The position numbers and the translations under genes were made by a program. DNA of 63,224 bases, counting the filler, from Folioceros fuciformis (taxonomy: Eukaryota), in assembly GCA_049999805.1 (NCBI GenBank). It is 35 parts of 35 records of this genome, joined end to end, with 100 filler letters (N's around TTAATTAATTAA, not from the genome) between each part and the next. Parts side by side here need not be neighbours in the genome. Positions count along the whole stretch, not along the records: positions 38,366 to 39,604 come from JBNGIO010007124.1; positions 39,705 to 41,338 come from JBNGIO010007125.1; positions 41,439 to 42,929 come from JBNGIO010007126.1; positions 43,030 to 44,278 come from JBNGIO010007127.1; positions 44,379 to 45,771 come from JBNGIO010007128.1; positions 45,872 to 47,429 come from JBNGIO010007129.1; positions 47,530 to 48,652 come from JBNGIO010007130.1; positions 48,753 to 49,851 come from JBNGIO010007131.1; 27 more parts are not named here. The stretch is one strand, 5' to 3'. The notes under the pieces were generated by a model that saw only the letters and a list, made by a program, of their open reading frames with translations, did no database searches and was not told the DNA's origin. Within the stretch, counting starts at the first letter, position 1; each line of letters opens with the position of its first letter. Of this stretch, positions 38,564 to 49,951 are shown piece after piece.

Positions 38564-38963
38564 CACATTTGTGTTTTTTTGAATTGATAGTATCCTTACC
38601 CCTTGGAAGAGGGTTTTTTTTTCCCTTTTTCTGAATTGATAGTGTCCTTCCCCCTTGCGAGAGGTTTTTTTTCCCCTTCCCATAAGGGGTTAAGATGTGG
38701 CCTTTGTGTCGAGTTTTTTTCACATTTGCCAAATATAGGTTAGAGTTTGCAATATGAGTTTCCCTACACAACTCTTCCCCCTCAACCCTACCTCCCAACG
38801 TTTTTCAACTCTACTAAAACTTTTGCTTTGGTTGAATACTACAGAGAGATGCCTTGCGGATAGCTTGCAGAAGACGTACCGCATAAGGATCTAACTGTCT
38901 GAACGACGTCTAACTGTCTGAATGATGCTCGCCATATATTGCCTCTCAGAGGAAACACAGAGC

Positions 38964-39604
38964 TCAAAGCCCTGATGGTTTATGCGGGGCTGTACGCGGA
39001 GTACGTTTTTGCTGGCTCGAGAATAATCTTTGGTTCAGTTGCTGAACCACTTTGCTTCCAGATCGCAGCCTCAGATGCCTGCATCCCAGCTGGCTCCCGC
39101 TCTCGACCGGGAGAACTCGAAATATGTGAACGCGAAGCACTAGTTTCTTGGCATCCACCAATTCGAAAATACAAACATCATGCTGCTCAAGAGAGCGATT
39201 GAGGGCAAAAGCTCGCCATCCGCCACTGATGCCCGGTGCATGCCGTTCAGCAAGGTACATGACAGGTTGCTCCCTTCCCATTTCGTCCACTAAGCACAGC
39301 TGTGCATTCTTCTTTGGCAAGAGGGCGCACAGGGCTCTCGGCATATTCTGTAAAGCAATGCCATCCATCGTCAGTACTACAAACTAGAACAAGACAAATC
39401 TCAGGCCAGCCAACGACATTCATCCCTCACCAACCAGAATCCTCGATACACGTTTGATGGCACCATCTTGAGAATCGCCGACGGGAACTCTGTGCGAAAA
39501 GCCTGCGCAGCATCCATAGCCTGCTTGATCTGGTTTTCGGTAACTGGTCCCCGTTGAGAAATGAAATGCTCCGTCTGGTACTCTGTGCCTACATGCTTCC
39601 TGGC
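38964..39604 (-). CDS. B3-domain (REM/VRN1-like) transcription factor, 3' part; exons 39604-39431 and 39347-38964
   Basis: FISQRGPVTENQIKQAMDAAQAF...ILKMVPSNVYRGFWL|NMPRALC...GISGGWRAFALNRSLEQHDVCIFELV...LRVHIFRV across a GT-AG intron. Confidence 0.88.
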
Positions 39605-39704
39605 NNNNNNNNNNNNNNNNNNNNNNNNNNNNNNNNNNNNNNNNNNNNTTAATTAATTAANNNNNNNNNNNNNNNNNNNNNNNNNNNNNNNNNNNNNNNN
39701 NNNN

Positions 39705-40409
39705 CATCTTGGCCTCGTGCCAGATGTCCTCGGCGATTTCAACAGCACTTCGCCACTTGTCTTGACTGTTGGGCCATAAGCCTGAAGGTGGGGGTGTCTC
39801 ACCATACAGGAGTTTGAAGGGAGTAACCCTTGTGGCTGCGTGCTTCAAGGAATTGTACGCATACTCCAATAAGGGAAGGAGTTCCTCCCACTTTGTCCGC
39901 TTCTTGTGTGTGAAGTGAAGAAGCATGTCTTCTAACACCTGATTCTGCTTCTCTGTCTGGCCGTCCGTCTCTGGGTGATAGGCTGAAGACATGTTCTGTT
40001 TGATGCCTAGTGTGTCCGTAAAGTTCCGCCAAAACCCGAAGGTGAATTTCGCGTCCTTGTTCGACACAATGTCCTCTGGTGTTTCGTGTAATCGGAAGAT
40101 TTCACGGACAAAAAGGGTGGCCAGTTTGGGGGCAGTGATGGTCGAGGTGATTGGAATGAAGTGGCAAACCTTGGAAAATCTATCTGTCACCACCCAAATG
40201 CTGTCCTTACCAGAGCGGGTACGAGGTAGGTGTGTAATGAAGTCCATGGCTATTGACTGGAAACGGCCACTGGGGATTTGGAGGGGTTGGAGTAGACCTG
40301 GGTATTTCTGATGGCTAGGTTTGGCTTGTTGGTAGGATTGACAGGAGCGCACCTACTCTATGCAATCGGAGCGCATGCCTTCCCAGTGGAAATGTTCCCG
40401 AACCTAAAG
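39705..40409 (-). mobile_element. Ty3/gypsy integrase fragment, decayed
   Basis: EHFHWEGMRSDC..VRSCQSYQ, GLLQPLQIP, SIAMDFITHLP, IWVVTDRFSK, SSAYHPETDGQTE, LEYAYNS. In-frame stops near the 5' end. Confidence 0.92.
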
Positions 40410-41338
40410 TGGCAATGTATATGGTGCAAAGATGCGCGCACTGACTGATTAAGTTCGGGGTCTTATATACACGTTACCTTATTTAGTTGAACCGTAATTA
40501 ACTGTTTTATAGTTTGTAACTATGCGAACCGCTAATTCTCATAACTAGACGAACCGTGCCCTAATCCTGTCGAGTCTCCGTTTCGTCAACGTGTCGCTAT
40601 TGTCACAACACTCCCCCTCGGTGCGGATAAGGAGACTGCTAGGCTAGTCAGCCAGTCTTCGACAAATGGCCTCTTTGGTGCGTGCGTGTCTTCAGCTGTT
40701 GTTGTGCTTGCTGTCCACGCTATGATGGCTGCTGCAGCTAGCGAGTTGTGCTGTACAGGTTACATGTGAACTCATGGAGAAGCGCGATCCGTCTGCTGTG
40801 ATGGCGCGCGAACCCTTTAAGAAGGGACGCGGGGCAGTCAGTTTTACGGCTCCCTCGAAGGGGGCAGAGGCGGACGCGATTATGAAGAGGTTTAAGGTTG
40901 CCATGATGCAGCCTTTGCTTGACGACTGAGCTGCTTGTGGTGTAACGGAGTCATTGGAGTTGTAGCTCCCCCTTCGTCCGATTGCTGGATGCGTGCAGAA
41001 TATATGTCTTTGCTAAGTAGTCCGATTCCTCTTCTGTGCTTGTCAAGCTGCTGCTTTGCCAGCCCCTTGGTTAGAAGATCGGCCGTGTTCTCTGTTGTGC
41101 TCACGTATATCAACTTCACGTGCTTGTTGGTTACCACCTGCCGTATGAAATGGTGTTGGATTTCAACGTGTTTTGTCCTTGCGTGGAGGACCGGGTTTAG
41201 TGTCATGGCAATGGCGGACTGGTTGTCGCAGTGCAACTCTGTTGGCTGTTCCTGGTCCTCGTGCAGATTATGCAGAAATTGTCGAATCCAAAGTATTTCC
41301 TTCGCGGCCAGAGATGTGGCTGCGTACTCGGCCTCGGT
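40410..41338 (-). mobile_element. Ty1/copia 3' end (RNase H, PPT and ~200-bp 3' LTR) abutting the gypsy integrase
   Basis: EAEYAA...LHCDNQSAI...NPVLHARTKHVEIQHHFIR...NTADLLTKGL. Minus-strand PPT GAGGGGGAG (40619-40611) is followed directly by TGTTG (40610), and the LTR ends ...TGCCA near 40410. Confidence 0.88.
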
Positions 41339-41438
41339 NNNNNNNNNNNNNNNNNNNNNNNNNNNNNNNNNNNNNNNNNNNNTTAATTAATTAANNNNNN
41401 NNNNNNNNNNNNNNNNNNNNNNNNNNNNNNNNNNNNNN

Positions 41439-41532
41439 TCCTCCTCTCCTCCTCTCCTCCTCTCCTCCTCTCCTCCTCTCCTCCTCTCCTCCTCTCCTCC
41501 TCTCCTCCTCTCCTCCTCTCCTCCTCTCCTCC
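41439..41532. repeat. (CTCCTCTC)n pyrimidine microsatellite
   Basis: Visible directly at the contig start. Confidence 0.9.
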
Positions 41533-42929
41533 TTCACCATGTAGCTCCTGGAGCGATCTTTCAGAGACCCTACGGGGTAGTTGAAGGGTCGGTAGTTGTA
41601 GAGACCCCTACTCCAGTAGCCGAGTAGGTCTATCAGGTAGCTAGAGTTGAGGTAGCTGAGTTGCGATGGAGGTAGCTGAGTCGCAATGGAGGTAGCCGAG
41701 TCGCGATGGAGGTAGAGGTAGTTGAACGGAGGTATACGAGTGGTAGGGAAGTAAAGACTGACCTTGGGTAGTAATTGACTTTGTGAGAAAGCCTGTGTTA
41801 TTTGACACAAATCATTCCCTTGGGATTGAATCCCAATGCTATAACGGCAAAGAGGGTTTGTGTGGACCTCACAGCAACCCCGGGTGCAATATTTTCCCCC
41901 ATATTTTGGCGCCGTTGCCGGGGAATGTATTGCTGTCAAGAACATAGGTAGGAGTAACTAATACTTGAGTAGAGAGTCTAGAGTAGCCTGAATAGAGAGT
42001 CTAGGTAGTGATAGGTTGATGGGAGCCTTGGGTGAAGACCAGCAACTCTGAACCTAACCTTGCAGAACTACTATTGGTGAGCGGCAATGCCAAGCAGCGG
42101 AGAGGCTGCATAGGGTTGCCAGAAGGTCGCAGTGGGAGAGCACACCTGCTGGACGAGGAAGAGGGACAAGGAGTGAGCCTGGAGCTGAAGGTTAGATTTC
42201 ATTTGACTTAGATCTGCAACTCTCGGGTGGGGAGGAGGTATCTGGGCCCGGGTACCCCAATCCAAGCCCGCTGGTTGATCTCCATTCTAGGTTGCCTCGC
42301 TCAACTTCAGTCCAGACACATTTTGTGGGTGTAGAAGTCAATTCAGGCGCGGTAGTTGTATCGAATACCGCGGTTGCTGAATGCACTACCGCAGTAGCTA
42401 TGACTACTACTCCAGTAGCTGTAACCACTAAGCAGCCTTACCCACTGTATGGGGAAAAGAAGGGTTACGAGGATCCTGATGACTTTGTTGAGCATTTTGA
42501 GTAGCTGACCATTGCCAACCAGGAGGCAGGAGATGCGCAGTGTGTTCCGCTGTTCTACGGAGTCTTGTGTGGAGCTGCAGCCAAGTAGTACAAGCGGGAG
42601 TACCTCAAGTCATTCACACTTTCCAACCACCTTCGAAGCATTGAAGAGAACTTTCTGTGAGAAGTTTCGAGGAGTGGATGTTGAGGGATACGTCTTGTCC
42701 TTTTTTTTTTTTTTTTTTTTTTTTTTAAGGGAGACGTTGCAGGCCTATGTGGAGAGATTCCATAGCCTGCGGGACTGTAGAGGAAAAAAACTTTCGGGAC
42801 TCCCATTTTGAAGAGCAGAATGAACGGGTAGTGTTTTTTTTTGTGAAGACGCGAGTGGATCGGCTTAGTATGGAAATAGTACTTGGGTATTTATACCCAA
42901 AAGGCTCCTTGGCCCTTGGTGATTTGATA
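41533..42929 (+). mobile_element. Athila/Tat-type gypsy 5' region: LTR end, tRNA-Asp-type PBS (41907-41924) and decayed gag
   Basis: PBS TGGCGCCGTTGCCGGGGA follows ...CCCCATATTT. Gag remnants EDPDDFVEHFE, TTFEALKRTFCEKFR and ETLQAYVERF carry stops, frameshifts and a poly-T run. A 20-bp GGTAGCTGAGTCGCGATGGA repeat lies at about 41651-41715. Confidence 0.82.
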
Positions 42930-43331
42930 NNNNNNNNNNNNNNNNNNNNNNNNNNNNNNNNNNNNNNNNNNNNTTAATTAATTAANNNNNNNNNNNNNNN
43001 NNNNNNNNNNNNNNNNNNNNNNNNNNNNNAAAAAGGCTTCTAAAATCACATATTTGGAGGTATGTTTTTATATTAGATTTGGGATACTTTGTATTTTATT
43101 TTTTTTAGTACACAATTATTAAATTATATGTTTGCAACTTTTGCTTTTCTTAGGGTGAATTCAATATGCCGCAATGCGCTAGGACATTGTCACACAAAAA
43201 GGCTTCTAAAATCACATATTTGGAGGTATGTTTTTATATTAGATTTGGGATACTTTATATTTCATTATTTTTAATACATAATTATTAAATTGTATCTTTG
43301 CAACTTTTTCTTTTCTTAGGGTGAATTCAAT

Positions 43332-44235
43332 ATGCCGCAAGAACTAAGTAGTAAGAAGAAATTATCTTTCACGATGGGGCAAAAGAAAGAAATAATATTA
43401 TACAAAGATGCCTATAGTCGAGCTACTAATCGAGAGGTTAGTGCTTGGGCTTCTCATCAATTCAACATGTCAGTTTCTGCTATAACCATAGGTCGAATTT
43501 TCAAGAAGGGAGATGAGTTTTGAAACGTAAAGGATCATGAAGCTAACTTTAAACGGAGTAAGGATACATTTCATCCCAAGGTTGAGAAGGCTTTGTTTTC
43601 ATGGATTGTGATGATGGAAGGAAATGTCACTATCTCTGACGATATGTTGGGTGAAATGGGAAAATAGTTCTTTGATAGATTACCAGAAGCAGAAAGATTG
43701 GAAAAACCACTAACATTTTCTTATGCTGGGGTGGCAAAGTTTAAACATCATCATGGCATCAAAGGTTTTGTGAAGCAAGGAGAAGCCGCAAGTGCTGACA
43801 CATCACAGGTGGTCCAAGATAGAATGGAAGATATTAAAAGTATCGTGCGAGGATATGAGTCTCAAGATATTTTTAACATAGATGAAACAAGATTGTTCTA
43901 TAGATTGGAACTGAAGAAAACATTGGTAATGAAGAGGTTGAGTGGGAAGAAAACTCCAAAGGAAAGGCTAACTGTTGCTTTGATAGCCAATATGAATGGT
44001 AGTCATAAATTACCACCCTTTGTGATCAACAAATTCTTGAGGCCTAGAGTTTTTACTAATCGCAACATTGGACAAGGGGAGAATTTGGGTATTCATTAAT
44101 CAGCAAACTCAAATGGTTGGATTTCGGTGCCTTTATTTGAGCAATTTATTCTCTTTTTCGATGCGAACATGAGAGTTAGGGGCCGTACTAATATCTTACT
44201 TCTTTTAAATAATGCTCTGGTTCATAAACTATGGA
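43332..44235 (+). mobile_element. pogo/Tigger-type (CENP-B-like) DDE transposase pseudogene
   Basis: HTH region (FTMGQKKEII...ITIGRIFK), VEKALFSW, FKHHHGI, IFNIDETRLFYR, KERLTVALIANMNGSHKLP, LLLNNALVH. One frame with stops at about 43521, 43664 and 44097. Confidence 0.88.
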
Positions 44236-44961
44236 CTATATAGACTATAATATTAACCCATGGATACAGGTCTTATACNNNNNNNNNNNNNNNNNNNNNN
44301 NNNNNNNNNNNNNNNNNNNNNNTTAATTAATTAANNNNNNNNNNNNNNNNNNNNNNNNNNNNNNNNNNNNNNNNNNNNAGAATAAGTGTACTTAGGATGC
44401 TAAGGACGAGAAGGCACGAGATATTTTTATTAGTGATCTTTCACAACAAATGGCGAGACATACGAGCAAAGGCCAACAATTTGTAGATCAAGAGAGTGTC
44501 CCTATGGGGGAGCCCTAGAATCACAAATCACTTATGGTGGCAACAGGATTAAGCGACATGCAACAAAAACTACAGCGGCGGCAAGATCCATGGCTGCGTA
44601 GCTCGTCAAAAGCACACGCAACCTTCTTGTCGTGCACGGTGCTCCACCGTGTGGCTTCTAACTTCGCGTGCGACACGGCATTGTGCAATGGCAAGTCTTT
44701 AAAGGTTACTCATCCTCTTTAATACTTGCTACACAATCTACATCTATATCCTTGTCAACGTTACCAAACTTGGCACGATAAGTATAATTGGTGCATACTT
44801 TAAATAAAGGCTTTGCAATTGAATTTCAGCAAAGACATCCTTCTTTGTATGGGGCACATTGAAGTCCATGGCCTCTTACACTTTGTCAACATTATCATTT
44901 TTTACGTTATTTCTTCTCTAGCGTTTAAGAATTTAACCTGCAGTAGTAATCTCGAACAATG

Positions 44962-45160
44962 CATCATGTGCAGCACTAGAAATACTACAATTAGTGGTTC
45001 AGAAAACCACATCTTGTTCTACCTCTTTAATGACATCTCCAATTCAAGCATCATTCATACCATCATGTGCAGCACTGGAAATACTACAATTAGTGGTTCA
45101 GAAAACCACATCTTATTCTACCTCTTTAACGACATCTTCAATTCAAGCATCATTCATACC
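44962..45160. repeat. 99-bp two-copy tandem duplication
   Basis: CATCATGTGCAGCACT(A/G)GAAATACTACAATTAGTGGTTCAGAAAACC... starting at 44962 and 45061. Confidence 0.9.
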
Positions 45161-45885
45161 ATCTTTACGTGCAATGCATATATTGTGTAGTACTAACCAA
45201 GGGGTTTTAGCCGAAACCTCTTTCTCTCTAAACCCTATTTAAGCATGTTGAGACTATGTTAGGTATGTTTTCGAGAGAGTGATCACACTACTTCAACAAA
45301 ACATGCCACATGTATGCTCCATTGCCATACAAGAGCTAGAATGGATAAAATTCCAATTGGCTTGGACTCTAGTGAAGTCTCTTTATGCCCCATATATGAA
45401 GTTAGCATGCACACATGAAGCTAAATATCTATAGTCACGCAACAAAGCATACTTCTTCAACCAACCTATGTGCCATCTCTTTCTTATCTCTATTAGTGAA
45501 AAGGTTCCTATCATTCATACTTCTGGTCTAATCAAAATCATAATCCCATACCTACACTTAGCATCTACAATATTGTGGAATAAAGGAAGTAGGACACTAA
45601 TATAAAACAACACCATAAGATTTCTGGGATCAGGGAGGGAGGGAGGATGGCTTGGGGTTAGAGTTAAAAATTTGGAATGGGTGACTCAAAAGAAAGCTAT
45701 AATTTTTAAAGTTTTATTCATTTTTTTTTTTTTTAAGACTAGACATCCAACGTTCTCGTAGAACTTTCTATNNNNNNNNNNNNNNNNNNNNNNNNNNNNN
45801 NNNNNNNNNNNNNNNTTAATTAATTAANNNNNNNNNNNNNNNNNNNNNNNNNNNNNNNNNNNNNNNNNNNNCACTCACAAAATCA

Positions 45886-46960
45886 GACCTTCTTATGGCA
45901 CGCTAGATTGGGACACATGCACCTGCAGCGGATGCGAAACATGCTCAAGACCAGAGCAGCTGACGGCATATCACTCACCTGAGTTGAAGATTTTGGCATA
46001 TGCTCAGCTTGCTCACTAGCTAAGAGCCAACGGTCTCCTTTCCTGAAGGGCCCTGCAACAAGAGCCAGCAAACGGCTCCAATTAGTCCATTAAGACTTGT
46101 GCGGACCCTTAAGGAGGTCCCTCCATGGCTACCTGTACTTTATGCTCATCATAGATGACCTAACAAGATTCACTATCATATATTTTTTCAAACAAAAAAA
46201 CCAGGCATTGACATGCTTTAAAGACTACAAGACATGGGCTTTTCATGAAAAACAAACAGGTGACTCCATCCTTTGCTTACAATCTGATGGAGGCAGTGAG
46301 TATGGCTCTAGCCCATTCCAACAATTCTGCAGGGAACACGGGATCAACTATCAAGTAACCACTCTGCACACCTCCCATCAAAATGGAGTGGCGGAGAGAA
46401 TGAACCGAACAGTTCAGAATTGTGGATTGTCTAGGCTTATACACGCACAGCTTTCCAAAAGTTACTGACCAGAGGCCATGGGACACGTTGTGTATATTAT
46501 CAACAGGACGCTCACTACAACACTACCTCAAGGTACTCCATATGAAGCTTGGATGGGGCACAGGCCAAATCTCTCTACCCTCGGAGTTTTCGGCTCACCT
46601 GTTTACGTACACACACCCAAAGTAGTTCAAACAAAGCTGGATGATAGGGCCAGCAAATACCTATTTGTGGGATTCACTAACGCCATTAAAGGCTATAAAC
46701 TCATCCATCCATAGACACACAAATTGACCTATTCCCGAGATGTAACATTCCTTGAAGACATGCCGGACAACCCTGCAGTGGGAGAATCCTCCAGCCACAC
46801 CACTGCACAACCTGAGGATAGTGACGAAGATGAGTCCAAACCACCCAATCTCCTAGCTCCTCACCAACAGGCTCAACCACAGCCATCCGCCCAGCCCGTG
46901 CCACCAACCACACCTGCACCAAAGCCTGGCCCTTTGCCTCAGCCTGCAGCAGCAAGTCCA
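45886..46960 (+). mobile_element. Ty1/copia GAG-pre-integrase and integrase pseudogene
   Basis: WHARLGH, CSACSLAK, VH*DLCGP, IIDDLTRF, LQSDGGSEY, HQNGVAERMNRT, TPYEAW, KLDDRASKYLFVG, YSRDVTFLE. Several in-frame stops. Confidence 0.92.
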
Positions 46961-47529
46961 TCAATCTTCTTTGGCGATTTTATGGACAACGAGCTCGACT
47001 CCTCCTTACTTGCAGAAGCGTCCTCAGCCTCCAGCATCTTCAACTCTCAGATTGACAGGGGGAATAGCAGCCCGAAGCGCTCCAAGATGAGGATAGCCAA
47101 CGACATTTCCAGCACGGAGGGCACTCAACAGGCACACATTCATCAGCAACAGGCCCACGCGTCTACACACGGCGAGGAGCACACACCCAGCAACCAATTA
47201 GCCATCCAGATCCGCACAACGGCGGCACATCCTCGAGAGCGTGCCCTCACGGCCATCATGAACCAGCAGATACGAGTATTTTTTGTCAATAGAATCGACT
47301 CGAGTCTACGTGCAAGTGTAGGAGAGGAGAGGAGAGAAGAGAGGGTGGTATTGGTGATCACAACCATGAAAACAATACACATCACCACTGTCTTACTATG
47401 GAGGTCCGAGGTCTCCATTTAAGTAGTACNNNNNNNNNNNNNNNNNNNNNNNNNNNNNNNNNNNNNNNNNNNNTTAATTAATTAANNNNNNNNNNNNNNN
47501 NNNNNNNNNNNNNNNNNNNNNNNNNNNNN

Positions 47530-47714
47530 GTTAGAGGTATACAGTGTGTACATAGGGTTAGATGGTGTGGCCAGGTGGAGTAGTGGCAAAGAGGTTAGAG
47601 GTATACAGTGTGTACATAGGGTTAGATGGTGTGGCCAGGTGGAGTAGTGGCAAAGAGGTTAGAGGTATACAGTGTGTACATAGGGTTAGATGGTGTGGCC
47701 AGGTAGAGTAGTGG
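47530..47714. repeat. 64-bp tandem repeat, about three copies at contig edge
   Basis: GTTAGAGGTATACAGTGTGTACATAGGGTTAGATGGTGTGGCCAGGTGGAGTAGTGGCAAAGAG at 47530, 47594 and 47658. Confidence 0.93.
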
Positions 47715-48426
47715 AATATTTCTTAGATGCCACCAAATATTTGTGTATAAAATATATACTCCAACAAAATAAAATGAGTCACAAAATATTTATGTATAAA
47801 ATATGTATTCCAACAAAAAAAAATATATGAGTCTACAGTCCCTGTTCCCATTAGTAGAGTATGAAGGGCTAATCCCTGTTCCCATTAGTAGAGTATGAAA
47901 AGCTAAGAGAGAAACTTCAAGACATAGAGTGATTGTTACATTACTTGAGAAGGAACTCAATTATGAGCCTAATGTGAGAAGATAGTTGATAAGACTTGAA
48001 AAACAAGCTTGTTAGAGAGAGTCAAAGATGGCCCCTAAATGCAGAAATTACCAATATACTTTGATAGTGAATAGCATCTCCCTTTAGAAGAGCTCTATTT
48101 TGAATGGCGTCTCCCTTTAGAAGAGCTCTATTTTGGCAAAGAAGAATTGAGTTTCAATAATCTATGTGATTGATGCTAACCCTAGTGGAGATTTTGTTAG
48201 TGAACAGGTTTCCGAGTGTTTTGCGAATGTTTGCAAGTATTTTATTTCTTTTCGTAGCAAGGCCACAACTTCATCTCTCTTAGCAGGGCTTAAGAAAAGA
48301 GGCGCCAGACCACACTGCTTTTTTTAGTTACCTGGCACTCGAGGAGCTGTCCAGAGACTAGCAATCTTCTTCCTGTGCCAGAGGCGGAGGCACCGGCAGA
48401 AATGATCCCTGCAGATCGCCGGTACA

Positions 48427-48622
48427 TCAATTTTCGAGGTAGTCGAAGTCGCTGCTGATGCCCACCTGCAGCGAAACAACCCTGAGAGACCATTTCCTTG
48501 CACGATTTGACTTCAGTCACGGCTGGAAATGTCGGGATTGACCTCACAGTACGCTTGTTCAAGCCTTTCTCGCGCTTCGGGAAACGTGTTGTTGCACCAT
48601 TGCTGGAGCGTGAAAACGTTAT
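48427..48622 (-). CDS. MND1: Meiotic nuclear division protein 1, last two exons (48622-48543 and 48465-48427)
   Basis: Absent from the ORF track. Spliced translation (D)NVFTLQQWCNNTFPEARERLEQAYCE|VGISSDFDYLEN* matches the plant MND1 C-terminus as recalled (DNIFTLRQWCSNNFPQAKEQLEHLY..GITEDFDY). Canonical splice sites. Confidence 0.85.
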
Positions 48623-48752
48623 CTGCATCACATACGGTCGCCAACGCTTTCTNNNNNNNNNNNNNNNNNNNNNNNNNNNNNNNNNNNNNNNNNNNNTTAA
48701 TTAATTAANNNNNNNNNNNNNNNNNNNNNNNNNNNNNNNNNNNNNNNNNNNN

Positions 48753-49851
48753 GGCCGGCGCCGTGGGGGCCGACCACGATCGCGGCGCCCGAGAACAGCT
48801 CCCTCGTCGCTTCCATGCTCCATTCCTCCCGGTCGGAGAAGAGGCGGACGTGTTTGGAGCCGATCTCGGCCTGCAGGCGCGCCAGGAGCTCGTCGTGCTG
48901 CACAATCCCGCGAGTGCCTTTGCGCTCCTCCAGCACCAGGTACCAGGACCCGGGACCGGCCCACGCGCTGCGGGGGACACGGAAGCGGTGGTCCCGGATA
49001 TGCCGCCACACGCTCCGGCTGGATTTGCCGCAGCTGGGACTGAGCGCCACCAACAGCATGTCGGCGTGCACCAGATTGTCTTCCTCCAGCATCTGCACAG
49101 GTCGTCCGTCGAGCCCCCGCGGTTCTCCTAGCAGCCGGAAGAAGGTGGAGACGAAGGGGAAGTCCCGGCGAGCCAACAGCAGCGGCGCGGACGGCAGGGC
49201 CTCTATCATGGGAAAGAGGATCGCAATGCGTGCCATCAGCTCCACCAGGCCGTGGAACTGGCTGCTGGCGTAGAAGGAGCAGAGGTTGATGCCGAGCGGG
49301 ACGCGGATCACCTTGCCCCTGTTCTCGCCTTGCCGACTTAGCGGTACCAATTGGCGCTGCTCCCAGCACCCGCCTTTGAGGAAGATGTGGCGAGAATCGA
49401 ACACCTGAGCGTGGACGTTGGTGTAGACGTTGGCCAGGAACACCACCGCGCCGATATACTGCTGGTAATTGGTCACCGTCTTCTCCCCGAACCGGGGCGT
49501 GATGAAGGCATCCTCCGTCGGCAGCGACGCCGGCTCCACCACGTCCATGAACTTCGGGTTCCAGCACATCGCCTCCAGCTTCTTCATGCCCAGATCTTGG
49601 CCTTGCTTCTGGCACCTCCACAGCACCGGGCACGGCACCGTCCCGAATTTTGCCTGGAGCCCGACCACCACCGGGCCACGATGCGTGCTGCAAGATTCCA
49701 TCACCGGCACCTTCCTGGTGTCCACCACCGTCAGACCCGAGGGCGCAAGATCGTCCTCCAGGTCCTCTCGAGCCGGGGATGGCCAAGACAGATTCCAATG
49801 CGCCCACTGGCTCTTCCAGCTGCGCCTGTTGGGGACCTCGTCGCTCAGGCT
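48753..49851 (-). CDS. Glycosyltransferase family 61 (DUF563)-like protein, internal fragment
   Basis: QFHGLVELMARI, EERKGTRGIVQHDELL and the GT61 signature ELFSGAAIVVGPHGAG at the contig end. GC-rich with no visible intron. Confidence 0.78.
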
Positions 49852-49951
49852 NNNNNNNNNNNNNNNNNNNNNNNNNNNNNNNNNNNNNNNNNNNNTTAAT
49901 TAATTAANNNNNNNNNNNNNNNNNNNNNNNNNNNNNNNNNNNNNNNNNNNN

